Of a stretch of 64,000 nucleotides of DNA, positions 48,495-57,054 are shown in pieces; the stretch's first letter is position 1; each line of letters begins with the position of its first letter. A model generated the notes under the pieces. The model did not search any database, was not told where the DNA came from, and saw nothing but the letters and a program-made list of their open reading frames with translations. Position numbers and translations under genes: made by a program. The stretch lies in the IMG/VR virus record IMGVR_UViG_3300046536_000256, positions 62,001-126,000 of that record. The stretch is one strand, 5' to 3'.

Positions 48495-49454
48495 ATGATT
48501 ATTGAGACCCAAGATGTGGTAGTGATGAATGAGGATGAAGATCTTGCCGCCACCCTCATGGGCGGAATCTGGACTGACTTTAAGGCCTCTATTCCCGAGC
48601 CTCAAGCTAAAATATTGACCGAGGGGTTCAATTTAATTCTCCTCAGCAATCCTAGCGAGTCCGATCAAGAAGACCTTTCCGATCCAGACTTCAATTCGGG
48701 ACGTCAGGACACTCTGCTACCCAACGTGATCACCGGCTTGTTGGTAGATGAAAATACCCACACGCCAGAAAAGAAAAATGCGGTCTTTCAGCTCATAACC
48801 GGCAATATAATCGAAACGCTGGTGAAGTTAGGCTTTACGCTCAACGAAGACGAAGTTAACCCAGATCGTCTGACCCAACTGAACCAACTGGTGTCTTTGT
48901 TCTACGACCTGAATAACTACCAAGACCTGATCGGCTTGGCAGACGTGCTGGACTCTGCGGACATCCCACCGAAAGACCGTTACCTAATGGTCATGCAGAA
49001 GTACCTGGGTGAGAACTTCGACATCGACGTCTACGAGCTCATGGTGGACGATGTGAGCGAGGTTACACTCAAAGCCATCCGTGACTCGCTGATGCAGGAA
49101 GACATGACCGAGATGCCCGCACAGAGCATCATAAAGCGTATCGTCCAGAACAAAGCAGAACTGGACGGCACTCTGGTCTATACTCACATCCGTAATAACG
49201 GTCAAGTCGGTGGGTCGGTACAAAGCTTCCTGAACTTCTACCGTCGTGAACTGGATGCCCTCACCGACGAGCCTACTCCAGAGAACCTGTTCAAGTACGG
49301 TAAAGAAGTGATCGCGATCTTCCTGGCCAGTGAATTGAATACGCCGGTCATTAAGGACAGGCTGATGCGGTTCCTTGCTGACGTCGTGACCGACTACCAG
49401 GCTTTGATCCAAATCGAAAACCTTATTAACCGGTTGGTACTCACCGATGAATAA
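48495..49454 (+). CDS. Virion/head-associated protein (gp79-like)
   Basis: Acidic helical protein immediately upstream of the vRNAP subunit; start uncertain (48459 or 48495). Confidence 0.6.
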   Translation: MIIETQDVVVMNEDEDLAATLMGGIWTDFKASIPEPQAKILTEGFNLILLSNPSESDQEDLSDPDFNSGRQDTLLPNVITGLLVDENTHTPEKKNAVFQLITGNIIETLVKLGFTLNEDEVNPDRLTQLNQLVSLFYDLNNYQDLIGLADVLDSADIPPKDRYLMVMQKYLGENFDIDVYELMVDDVSEVTLKAIRDSLMQEDMTEMPAQSIIKRIVQNKAELDGTLVYTHIRNNGQVGGSVQSFLNFYRRELDALTDEPTPENLFKYGKEVIAIFLASELNTPVIKDRLMRFLADVVTDYQALIQIENLINRLVLTDE

Positions 49455-50742
49455 AATCGAATTCCTCAAGCACTGCTTTGACAATAAGGGTTACGGGTTA
49501 AAGGCAGCGCTGCAATCCATGATCACCATTCAGTTTGAAGATGAAGACTCGTCTGGGGCTTTTAAGAAGATCCCTTACGCGGTCTTCGTGGAGGGTGGCA
49601 AGTATCACACCCTGATCGACGGAGAGTCGGTGGTTGTAGAAGGTGACGCTAAATCCCCTCTGCTGTACATGGACCTTCCCTTGGATCTCCCTGGTGACTT
49701 CCACCCCTGCTTGAAGGGTAAGCCGGTTCAAACCACCTTCGGCTTGTTCCTGTTCAACGTGATCCTGTTCTGGGAACCTTTCCAGGGTAAGGTGGACTAC
49801 GTTAACAAAGAGTTCACCAAACCGCTGATCGAGGACTTACTAAACCGGTTGATGGTCGATAACCCACAGCCAGGCGAAACTGTGCCGGACGATAAGGCCA
49901 GTGTTGACGACTGTCTGAAGCTCAGTGAGAACTTCAACTTCCTGGAAGGCCTGGGTACTCACTTCGTTAAGCCCGGTGGCGTAGACGTGATGCAGGTGAG
50001 TCCTGCGGTCATGAAGCGCAAGGCCGAGCTCATGGAGATCCACAAGCATGAGCTGAACGATCCGGTGGTGTTTACTGCCATGATCGACGAGCTGGTTAAA
50101 CTGGACGAAGCCGAGCAGCGGAAAGGGCCGAGTAAGAACTTCTTCATTAACAAGAAGTTCATCCACACTGCTCGTAAACGGATGTTCATTGCTTTCGGTA
50201 TTGAACCGGATGCTAACGGCGGTTGGAGAGCATTGCCTCAGTCGTTGGACCAAGGTATCGATCCGAAGTACATCGTCGACTACATCAACACCTCGGTAGT
50301 CGGTTCGTACTCGCGTTCGATGGCTACCGGCGACGGGGGCGCTCAAGTAAAAGAAGCCTTGCGTTTGGTGGGTCGTTCTTCTGTTGAAGCGGAGGACTGC
50401 GGCAGTCCTGTCGGTGAGAAGATCATCATCGACGCCAAGAACAAGCGCGGCTGGATTGGTAGTTACCAGGTTGTGGACAAGAAGGCGGTGGAGTTGACCG
50501 CGGAAAGTCTTGACAAGCTGGTGGGCAAGACTATCTTCATTCGTGTCACCGAGTACTGCACCCAGCCGGACGGCAACTACTGCAAAGTCTGCTGTGGTGA
50601 AAGTCTTGGTAAGTACGGCACACGTATCTCCGCCGAGGTGGTGTTGATTCCTACCACGTCCATGTTGACGCGGATGAAGGCGGCCCACACTGCGGGCGGC
50701 ACCGTAGTGCGGTTGGACTTGAGCACGGCCATTCGTAAATAA
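49447..50742 (+). CDS. Virion RNA polymerase beta'-like subunit, C-terminal part (gp80-like)
   Basis: Bridge-helix-like GSYSRSMATGDGG, EDCGS, zinc-binding C...YCKVCCG and trigger-loop MKAAH. Confidence 0.85.
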   Translation: MNKIEFLKHCFDNKGYGLKAALQSMITIQFEDEDSSGAFKKIPYAVFVEGGKYHTLIDGESVVVEGDAKSPLLYMDLPLDLPGDFHPCLKGKPVQTTFGLFLFNVILFWEPFQGKVDYVNKEFTKPLIEDLLNRLMVDNPQPGETVPDDKASVDDCLKLSENFNFLEGLGTHFVKPGGVDVMQVSPAVMKRKAELMEIHKHELNDPVVFTAMIDELVKLDEAEQRKGPSKNFFINKKFIHTARKRMFIAFGIEPDANGGWRALPQSLDQGIDPKYIVDYINTSVVGSYSRSMATGDGGAQVKEALRLVGRSSVEAEDCGSPVGEKIIIDAKNKRGWIGSYQVVDKKAVELTAESLDKLVGKTIFIRVTEYCTQPDGNYCKVCCGESLGKYGTRISAEVVLIPTTSMLTRMKAAHTAGGTVVRLDLSTAIRK

Positions 50743-50763
50743 GACAAAAAAAGCACAGGCCGC

Positions 50764-50794
50764 ACCCTACCAACCCGTAATGGGTTGGTAGGGT
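50764..50794. terminator. Bidirectional terminator
   Basis: accctaccaaccc gtaat gggttggtagggt, followed immediately by tatg. Confidence 0.8.
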
Positions 50795-50802
50795 TATGGT
50801 CG

Positions 50803-51324
50803 CTATTCAGGAGTTTCGGTTTCTGGTTCTTTCGGTTCGGCGTAGTAGAACACGTAGGTGTCCCATTCCTTTTCCTCACGCACATTCAAGATGAGCTTTC
50901 CTGGATTAGGGTTTGGGAAGTTGGTAGGGAGGTCCAGTTTGTCTCTGGCCACGTACAGGGCCGACACGATGGACGCATGAGGAACGACCTCTTCTTTGTG
51001 GTGAGTCAAGATGCGGGCTTTCCACATTACCCACTCTTTGCGAACCACGTTGTTGCTGAACGGCATGGTGAACTCTGGCTCTGGTGGTACTTCCTCAGAC
51101 GCCAGATCTTCGTTGGATTCGAAGTCCTCTTTCAGTGTCAACAGGGTTTCGTCCGCAGCCGCCTCGATGACCTCACGGAAGCTCTCGAATTCTTTACCCG
51201 TTTCCGGATGACACTTAGGCGCCGACATACCGTGTTTGCAGGCAACCTTTGCCCAACGCGGTAAAGCCAAGAAGCTGCGGTCTAGACGATCAATCAACTT
51301 ACTACGTTCTTCAGGGGACATCAT
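50803..51324 (-). CDS. Hypothetical protein
   Basis: 173-aa ORF coupled to the upstream gene. Confidence 0.7.
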   Translation of the reverse strand: MMSPEERSKLIDRLDRSFLALPRWAKVACKHGMSAPKCHPETGKEFESFREVIEAAADETLLTLKEDFESNEDLASEEVPPEPEFTMPFSNNVVRKEWVMWKARILTHHKEEVVPHASIVSALYVARDKLDLPTNFPNPNPGKLILNVREEKEWDTYVFYYAEPKEPETETPE

Positions 51325-51830
51325 GCGGCTCCGTTTAGTTTCTCAGGTGGCAAAGACCACACGAGGTTGTCGGTCTCGAAGTGGGCCTTGTTGTTGTCTT
51401 TGTGGGTCACGATCAAGTCTTTAGGGTGACTCCCCTTCAGGCTCTCAGGGATCGGCACAAAGCCACAAGCAATTGCGCGGTGGATGGTCAGTGGTTCAGG
51501 CTTTCGTTGGATGTTCACCACGATGTGGGGGTACCCGCTGGAATCAAGACTCCACTCAACAAATTTTGGGTCAGTGGTATTGCGCATATTTACCACTCGG
51601 CCTTTGTTACTGATGAAGTAAAGGTAAGGGGCTACCTTCACAGCCGCTCCAGGTACTGTCAGAGCCGCTTCATGTCGCCAGTAGACCAAGGGGAGGAACA
51701 TCTCAAACGTATCGTCCTTAGCAAGCTTAGCCGCTAACCGATCGGCAATAATACCGACGTTGAAAGGGTACTCGAGTTCACGGTACGCTTTCATGTCATG
51801 AGTAGTCAGTGCAGTTTCTAGAAATTCCAT
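51321..51830 (-). CDS. Truncated/degenerate HNH endonuclease homolog (paralog of 55980..56921)
   Basis: Shares LEYPFN, FIS.KGRV, HRA.AC.FVP and HPKDL.V.H.D..K..F...NL.W, then ends. Confidence 0.75.
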   Translation of the reverse strand: MEFLETALTTHDMKAYRELEYPFNVGIIADRLAAKLAKDDTFEMFLPLVYWRHEAALTVPGAAVKVAPYLYFISNKGRVVNMRNTTDPKFVEWSLDSSGYPHIVVNIQRKPEPLTIHRAIACGFVPIPESLKGSHPKDLIVTHKDNNKAHFETDNLVWSLPPEKLNGAA

Positions 51831-51866
51831 AATGCGAATACCTCTGAGTGTAGGGAATCAAACATA

Positions 51867-51897
51867 TTCCTAACGAATCCGTGAGGACCGTTAGGAA
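51867..51897 (-). terminator. Hairpin with TATGTTTG tail
   Basis: ttcctaacg...cgttaggaa. Confidence 0.65.
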
Positions 51898-51915
51898 CAT
51901 AGGTTTATTGGGTAA

Positions 51916-52398
51916 TTACAGATCGATCAGTCCAGACAACATGAACATGACCTTATTACCCATGTGGGTCGTGGAAAAGTTCAGTTTAGCCGTGTACTCC
52001 GGCGTACGCAACATGTCCCCCAGGACCATGAGTGTCGCCATGTCATTGAATTGCGAGATGGTCTCTACTGCGAGACACAGTTTCATCGTAACAAAGGAAA
52101 CGAACTCCGGCAGGTTGGCCAGGTATTCCGGGGTAGTAATGTCGGTCCCGGTTTTCTCATCCATCTCTTTCATTACTTCCATGAGGAACTCGATCGACGC
52201 CATCAGGTTACTGTCTGGGTCGTCGGCGTAGGTTTCCGGATCATCGACCACCGGCATGTACAGCGACATGGCGCTGGGGATGTCTTTCACTACGTTGTAC
52301 AGCGCTTCAATAAGAATGAAGGCCAAGAAGTCTTCATGGATATCGGAGTAGAGCTCACCTCGGGTTGCGGGGTTCAGATTGATGGTTAGGCTTTTCAT
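51916..52398 (-). CDS. Hypothetical protein
   Basis: 160-aa ORF with overlapping start/stop. Confidence 0.7.
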   Translation of the reverse strand: MKSLTINLNPATRGELYSDIHEDFLAFILIEALYNVVKDIPSAMSLYMPVVDDPETYADDPDSNLMASIEFLMEVMKEMDEKTGTDITTPEYLANLPEFVSFVTMKLCLAVETISQFNDMATLMVLGDMLRTPEYTAKLNFSTTHMGNKVMFMLSGLIDL

Positions 52399-52769
52399 GC
52401 CGCCACCGGTTCTGGAACCTCGATCAACACAACCAGTCCACTTGCGGTGACGTTGGTGATTTCGAACTTGTTGTGCGCGTACGGCTTGAGGTTCTTGAGC
52501 GCTTCAGCGTACATCGGCGTCTTCTCGAACTCGTGGAAAGCTTGCAGGATAATCTTGCCTTCCGACTTGCAGTACTTCTGGATGTCTTCCTGCCGCACCA
52601 GCTTCGGTGGGATTTCCAGGTAACGCTCAACCAACGAACCGCTGATGTCGTTGAAGTGATCGCCTTCCATGATGCAACGGACGCGCTCTTTCGCCAGCAA
52701 CTGGACCAGGTAGTAGTTGGTGTACTTCTCAACGTCTGGGGTTGGGACAAACAAAGATCTGACGCTCAT
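52395..52769 (-). CDS. Hypothetical protein
   Basis: 124-aa ORF with a GGAG SD. Confidence 0.7.
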   Translation of the reverse strand: MSVRSLFVPTPDVEKYTNYYLVQLLAKERVRCIMEGDHFNDISGSLVERYLEIPPKLVRQEDIQKYCKSEGKIILQAFHEFEKTPMYAEALKNLKPYAHNKFEITNVTASGLVVLIEVPEPVAA

Positions 52770-53203
52770 AACTTAACTCCCTCGGCCATCAGCAGCCATT
52801 GATTACGGAAGGCACGAATTACCTTGATGGTTTTGATTTCGTAGCCGTTATACATCGCATTGATCTTGTCTTCATTGTGACGATGAAAAGACGTGATCAG
52901 TTCCTCGATCTGGGCGCTGAGGCGTATAAAGCCTCCCTCCGGATCCAGCATGAAGTCCCAGAGTTCTTCCCCATGGGCCGCGTAGGTGATATTCCCGACG
53001 CTGTCGTACAAGCGGTCCTTGAGGTGACCGTAGAACCATCCCTCATCAAACCAGTCGTCGCGCCCGCCTGTGTCCATCAGTAACTCGATGAGGCCTTCTT
53101 CTACAACCGCCGTAACTACAGTGGTTGCATTATGAATACCCGGGCACTTCAGTAGGAGTGGTATAGACTTGACTTGGCGATCTTTCTCCGCTAACGGAGC
53201 CAT
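52766..53203 (-). CDS. Hypothetical protein, paralog of 53205..53621
   Basis: Aligns by eye with its neighbour over the full length. Confidence 0.7.
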   Translation of the reverse strand: MAPLAEKDRQVKSIPLLLKCPGIHNATTVVTAVVEEGLIELLMDTGGRDDWFDEGWFYGHLKDRLYDSVGNITYAAHGEELWDFMLDPEGGFIRLSAQIEELITSFHRHNEDKINAMYNGYEIKTIKVIRAFRNQWLLMAEGVKL

Positions 53204-53204
53204 G

Positions 53205-53621
53205 TCAACCTCCTTTCTTTACAGCGATTATCCAATGATTGGGTAGCGTCTTGATCAGATCCAGTTCGCATTTCCAATAAGCACGTTGGGTCAGATCAAT
53301 TACCGATTTATTACACTCTGCGAAAGACGCCAGTGTTTTGTAAAACTCATCCAGGTACATCTGAAAACAAGAATGAGGATCACGCATATAACTTATCCGT
53401 TCTTCTTCGCTACCAGAAAAGGTAACGTATCCGTCGAACTCGTAGAACTGGTCTTCCAAATGCCGCCTGAAAGATCCCAGATGCAGACCCTCATCAATAT
53501 TCTCACCGAACGATAACACCGACAACAACGCATCTTGCAGTGCATTTTCTACAACCTGACTCGTCCGGCATACCCTAGGGCATTCCAGCTTCAACATCAG
53601 GAACTTGTCTTTATCGCCCAT
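53205..53621 (-). CDS. Hypothetical protein, paralog of 52766..53203
   Basis: 138-aa ORF. Confidence 0.7.
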   Translation of the reverse strand: MGDKDKFLMLKLECPRVCRTSQVVENALQDALLSVLSFGENIDEGLHLGSFRRHLEDQFYEFDGYVTFSGSEEERISYMRDPHSCFQMYLDEFYKTLASFAECNKSVIDLTQRAYWKCELDLIKTLPNHWIIAVKKGG

Positions 53622-53648
53622 AACGGTAACTCTTAAGGGTACTGCGCA

Positions 53649-55961
53649 CTACTGGAGTGCGCAGTTAGAGTCAATCACTTTGAAGGTCTTCTTCTTGGGT
53701 TCGAAGGCGACCTCGCGTTTGCGGAAGTACTCTTTATGTTTCGGCTGGCTTATGCAAACGCCAAACACAAACCGCGGTGTAATCCGACCCCCGAATTCAT
53801 TCCGGTTAGCCAAATCACGTAAGCGGCCAATCATCTGCTTATTACGTTGAGTAGACCCCACCGTATGGAAACAAATGGTTGTTACCAGTCCAGGAATGTC
53901 CTTACCGGTACCGCAGCTGCCTGGCGTGGTTATAACGTGTTCGTGCCGTAGATATTTAGTTTTTCCTTCCTTATCCTTTGACTTGGTATCGTCGCCGGTA
54001 AAGGTCACGAAGTCACCCCCTGGATATTCCTTCTGGAACATCTCAAGCATCACCTCGCACATGCTGACCCTGGAGAAGAAGAAGAGGCACTTAGTGCCAG
54101 GCTCCCGGATGTCGAGGTAATAATCCTCGTACGCCTTCTTAGCCACGTCAAAGTAGAACTGCGTGACGGCACGGTTCCCCAGAATGCTCTGCTCCCAGGT
54201 TAGGTCATTGTAACTACCGAACTGCTGGGTCTTCAGGTTATACCGACGCGGGTTAATGTCGTAAAGGTACGCGACGATGTCGATATAGTTCTCAGGCTCC
54301 GGTTCCTTAAGCCGGATGTGGTATGGGAACATGACCTTGTAGATCTTGTTAATGAACGGGTCATCGGCAGCCAGTGTGGCGGACAGCACCAACACTTTGG
54401 CAAAGTTACCGTACATCAGCGAGATGCACACCTGGTGGATCGCCTCGTGCCCTTCGTCAATGATCCTGAGACCACACTCAAGGCTTTCGAAGATCTTGTC
54501 CAACCCAGGAGTCGACGGATCCTTCTTCTCGTTGCGCAGGTGTACGTCAATGCGCGTCATCGGCACAATGATTACTTTAGGGTCAACCGTCCCCTTCAGC
54601 ATCAACTCCTGCAACTTCTCGAGATCCTGTTCCCACACCAACACATCAGACGGTTGCAAGTCGATGATGTTACCCAACGCAGTGATCCAGGTGGTGATGT
54701 ACCGTGGCTGGATGGTGATCAGGGTTCGCTTGCCCATCAACAACATCGTCCGAAGACCCATGTAGGTGTTGTGCGTAACGAGGTAGTCCTTGATCACAAA
54801 GCAACGACTGTCATGCTCTACGGCAATGCAGGTGGTCTCAACCGGCCGGTCAATCTCAATGCGGTTAATCCGCAATGCCAGATCACGGTTCTCCTTATCC
54901 CATAATGCTTCCACCTTCTCTTGGACGGTGAACAAGACATCTGGGGTTCGGTGCGTGATAACAACCCAGTTATCGCTATCGGAGTAGTGGGCCTTTGCAA
55001 CACCCCCTATGCTCCACACCAGATCGCGAACCATCTTGGCGCTGGTGCCGTAGTCCGACTGATACAGAATCGACCCATCACCCTGTGGTTCACCTGTAGC
55101 GTCCAACAAACCACGCAGCAAGCCCATCCGCTGAGAGTGTGAGCCCTCAAGGTATTTCTCGCCGAGGAACCGATCTGTTTGACCGATCAGGTAGGGGTCG
55201 ACTATATCTGCGCGTTCCGGATTGCGTTCACTGGCGGTTAAAGGAATGCGCCAGACTTTATCCGCCGGACTGTCCACCAACTCCTGTGTAGTCATGACCT
55301 CCCAATCAGTTTGGCCATCTTGCCGAACTTCCCACTGGTGTTCAGGGCAAGCCACAGCTGTTCTGCCGTCCTCGAAGGTCAGCTTATATGTCGGTGTCAC
55401 CCCTTGAGGGAAAACCCCTGTGACGTACGTGTGGGAGCCGTCAGGAGCCATCACAAGGTCATTAACCTTGATCTGCCCGATTGGCTTCCAACCTTTAGCT
55501 GTTCTGACCGGTGTATCGTTGGCCAGTGCCTTACCAAACCCCGTTGATGCGTTGTTGACCTTAATGGGACCGGGGGCTAGTTGGTACTTGACCCATTCAT
55601 CCTGACCAGGGCGGGTGTTCTCGTAACCTTTGTTGAACTTAAAGGGTACGTTCTTACCGACCAACTCAGGTTCTTCAAGGAGGTCCACTCGGCTCTGGTT
55701 GTAACCCCGATACTGGGCGAACTCCAGAAACTCCTTCAAGAGACTCGAAGGGATACGGTACTCACTCTTATCGAAGTTAGACCGTGCGAATACATGGGTG
55801 ACCTTGTACGCTGTTCGGTTGGTGCCGGGTACAACTACTTTCCCTGTTTTGTACAGGTTAGCCCGACAGAAAGGCATAATGACTTGCGCGTAAAACTCTC
55901 CGTAGAACCCAAAGATTCGTAGGTAGTTATGGGCACGACTGATGGTCGCCACGTGTCTCAT
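53649..55961 (-). CDS. SF2 DEAH-box helicase (gp75-like) containing an intein; 516 aa after splicing
   Basis: Walker A STGFGK|T split by the intein; DEGH, LSAT, GTGKDIPGL and QMIGRLR motifs. Confidence 0.9.
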   Translation of the reverse strand: MRHVATISRAHNYLRIFGFYGEFYAQVIMPFCRANLYKTGKVVVPGTNRTAYKVTHVFARSNFDKSEYRIPSSLLKEFLEFAQYRGYNQSRVDLLEEPELVGKNVPFKFNKGYENTRPGQDEWVKYQLAPGPIKVNNASTGFGKALANDTPVRTAKGWKPIGQIKVNDLVMAPDGSHTYVTGVFPQGVTPTYKLTFEDGRTAVACPEHQWEVRQDGQTDWEVMTTQELVDSPADKVWRIPLTASERNPERADIVDPYLIGQTDRFLGEKYLEGSHSQRMGLLRGLLDATGEPQGDGSILYQSDYGTSAKMVRDLVWSIGGVAKAHYSDSDNWVVITHRTPDVLFTVQEKVEALWDKENRDLALRINRIEIDRPVETTCIAVEHDSRCFVIKDYLVTHNTYMGLRTMLLMGKRTLITIQPRYITTWITALGNIIDLQPSDVLVWEQDLEKLQELMLKGTVDPKVIIVPMTRIDVHLRNEKKDPSTPGLDKIFESLECGLRIIDEGHEAIHQVCISLMYGNFAKVLVLSATLAADDPFINKIYKVMFPYHIRLKEPEPENYIDIVAYLYDINPRRYNLKTQQFGSYNDLTWEQSILGNRAVTQFYFDVAKKAYEDYYLDIREPGTKCLFFFSRVSMCEVMLEMFQKEYPGGDFVTFTGDDTKSKDKEGKTKYLRHEHVITTPGSCGTGKDIPGLVTTICFHTVGSTQRNKQMIGRLRDLANRNEFGGRITPRFVFGVCISQPKHKEYFRKREVAFEPKKKTFKVIDSNCALQ
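54768..55529 (-). mobile_element. Class-3 intein (254 aa) with a degenerate LAGLIDADG remnant
   Basis: Starts ALANDTPV (Ala1) and ends YLVTHN|T; WCT triad (PEHQW, TTCIAV, VTHN); a single LLRGLLDATG motif. Confidence 0.9.
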
Positions 55962-55979
55962 GGTAACCCCCTAAATTTT

Positions 55980-56921
55980 TCAAAGCGGTATCCTTTCGAA
56001 GGTATACCCCTTATAGCTGGATCTCTTTTGAGCGATAACATCGGCCACTAACCTTCTGTGAAAGTTCATATTCTTTAATTCTTTTCGCCCAACTATAACT
56101 ATTTGCTCTCCAGTTTCTATATGTGTCGCAAGTAGCTTCGTTGTGACGTAAGGATTTATTGAAAAGAGGTTATTCTTGACCTCGTCATTTAAGCCATGGG
56201 GAAGGGTCTTTAGATCTTCCGGAGTCGCCATCGAGAACTGACAACTCTTATGTTTTCTAAAGCCGGATCCGACTGATCCAAATATTCTTGTGGCGTCGAA
56301 ACCGGAAGCTTCCGCCTCCTTCTTCCCACATATAACAAAGGAATAACCCTTAAACTCTCCAGCCACTACAACACCCTTAACAGGCTTCACTGCGTAATGG
56401 TCGATTCCTACCGGAGATATGAGTAGTCCTGTTTCTCTGGCGTGCCGCACGTTACCTTGTCCAGTAGTCCACTCTAGGTTGAACAAATCGAAATTACTTT
56501 TGACGCCGTCCATGTGGTTGACTTGGAGGTCTTTAGGATGACCTGGTATCTCGAGCGGGACAAATGAGCAGGCTAAGGCCCTATGGAGAGGAACCTTATT
56601 TCTCTGCTTCCCGTTATCTACCATCAGCCTAGGGTATTCCTCCATCATCCACGGTATCAAACGCCCGGTATGTTTATTCTTCTTAAAGGACCAGACTCTC
56701 CCCTTGCTGCTAATAAACATTTTGTACGGTTTAAGAACCTGTTTATCGATGTAGCCATAATAAACAAACGGGACCCACACTTCGTACTCTGGATCCAGTT
56801 CCAGCTTTGCTTTCAAAGCCTTATGCAAAATAGAAAGGTTAAACGGGTATTCAAGTGAGTAATATAGGTTTAAGTCTTGCTCACTTAGTAAATCCTCGGG
56901 TTTATTTGAACTTTCATTCAT
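55980..56921 (-). CDS. Free-standing HNH homing endonuclease
   Basis: LHRALA..F...VNHMDGVKSN...NLEW.T...NVRHA; AT-richer than its neighbours; ATG 56921 has an AAGGA SD (alternative ATG 56939). Confidence 0.9.
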   Translation of the reverse strand: MNESSNKPEDLLSEQDLNLYYSLEYPFNLSILHKALKAKLELDPEYEVWVPFVYYGYIDKQVLKPYKMFISSKGRVWSFKKNKHTGRLIPWMMEEYPRLMVDNGKQRNKVPLHRALACSFVPLEIPGHPKDLQVNHMDGVKSNFDLFNLEWTTGQGNVRHARETGLLISPVGIDHYAVKPVKGVVVAGEFKGYSFVICGKKEAEASGFDATRIFGSVGSGFRKHKSCQFSMATPEDLKTLPHGLNDEVKNNLFSINPYVTTKLLATHIETGEQIVIVGRKELKNMNFHRRLVADVIAQKRSSYKGYTFERIPL

Positions 56922-56932
56922 AACGGTATCCT

Positions 56933-56959
56933 TAACCATCTCGATTGTCGAGATGGTTA
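56933..56959 (-). promoter_or_regulatory. Perfect 12-bp hairpin over the HNH translation-initiation region
   Basis: taaccatctcga ttg tcgagatggtta. Confidence 0.8.
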
Positions 56960-56968
56960 TTTAGGGAG

Positions 56969-56995
56969 TTAGTAGATTCTGGCAACGTGGCGCAT
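56969..56995 (-). pseudogene. Relic 5' end of the SF2 helicase gene / uORF MRHVARIY*
   Basis: AGAGG-8nt-ATG CGC CAC GTT GCC AGA ATC TAC TAA; matches the helicase start MRHVATI at 6 of 7 residues. Confidence 0.8.
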
Positions 56996-57009
56996 TGTAG
57001 CAGCCTCTT

Positions 57010-57041
57010 AACAAAATAAACGAGAACCCCGAAGGGTTCCC
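57010..57041 (-). terminator. Terminator after the nvRNAP beta' gene
   Basis: gaaccc cgaa gggttc with minus-strand tail TTTATTTTG. Confidence 0.7.
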
Positions 57042-57054
57042 GCCATCGGGTGTG

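Noticed and set aside
55962-56995. Group I intron (or ribosomal bypass) joining MRHVA... to the helicase
   Set aside because: Only about 50 nt upstream and 18 nt downstream of the HNH are non-coding, too little for a ribozyme core. The downstream helicase also has its own SD, ATG and complete N-terminus.
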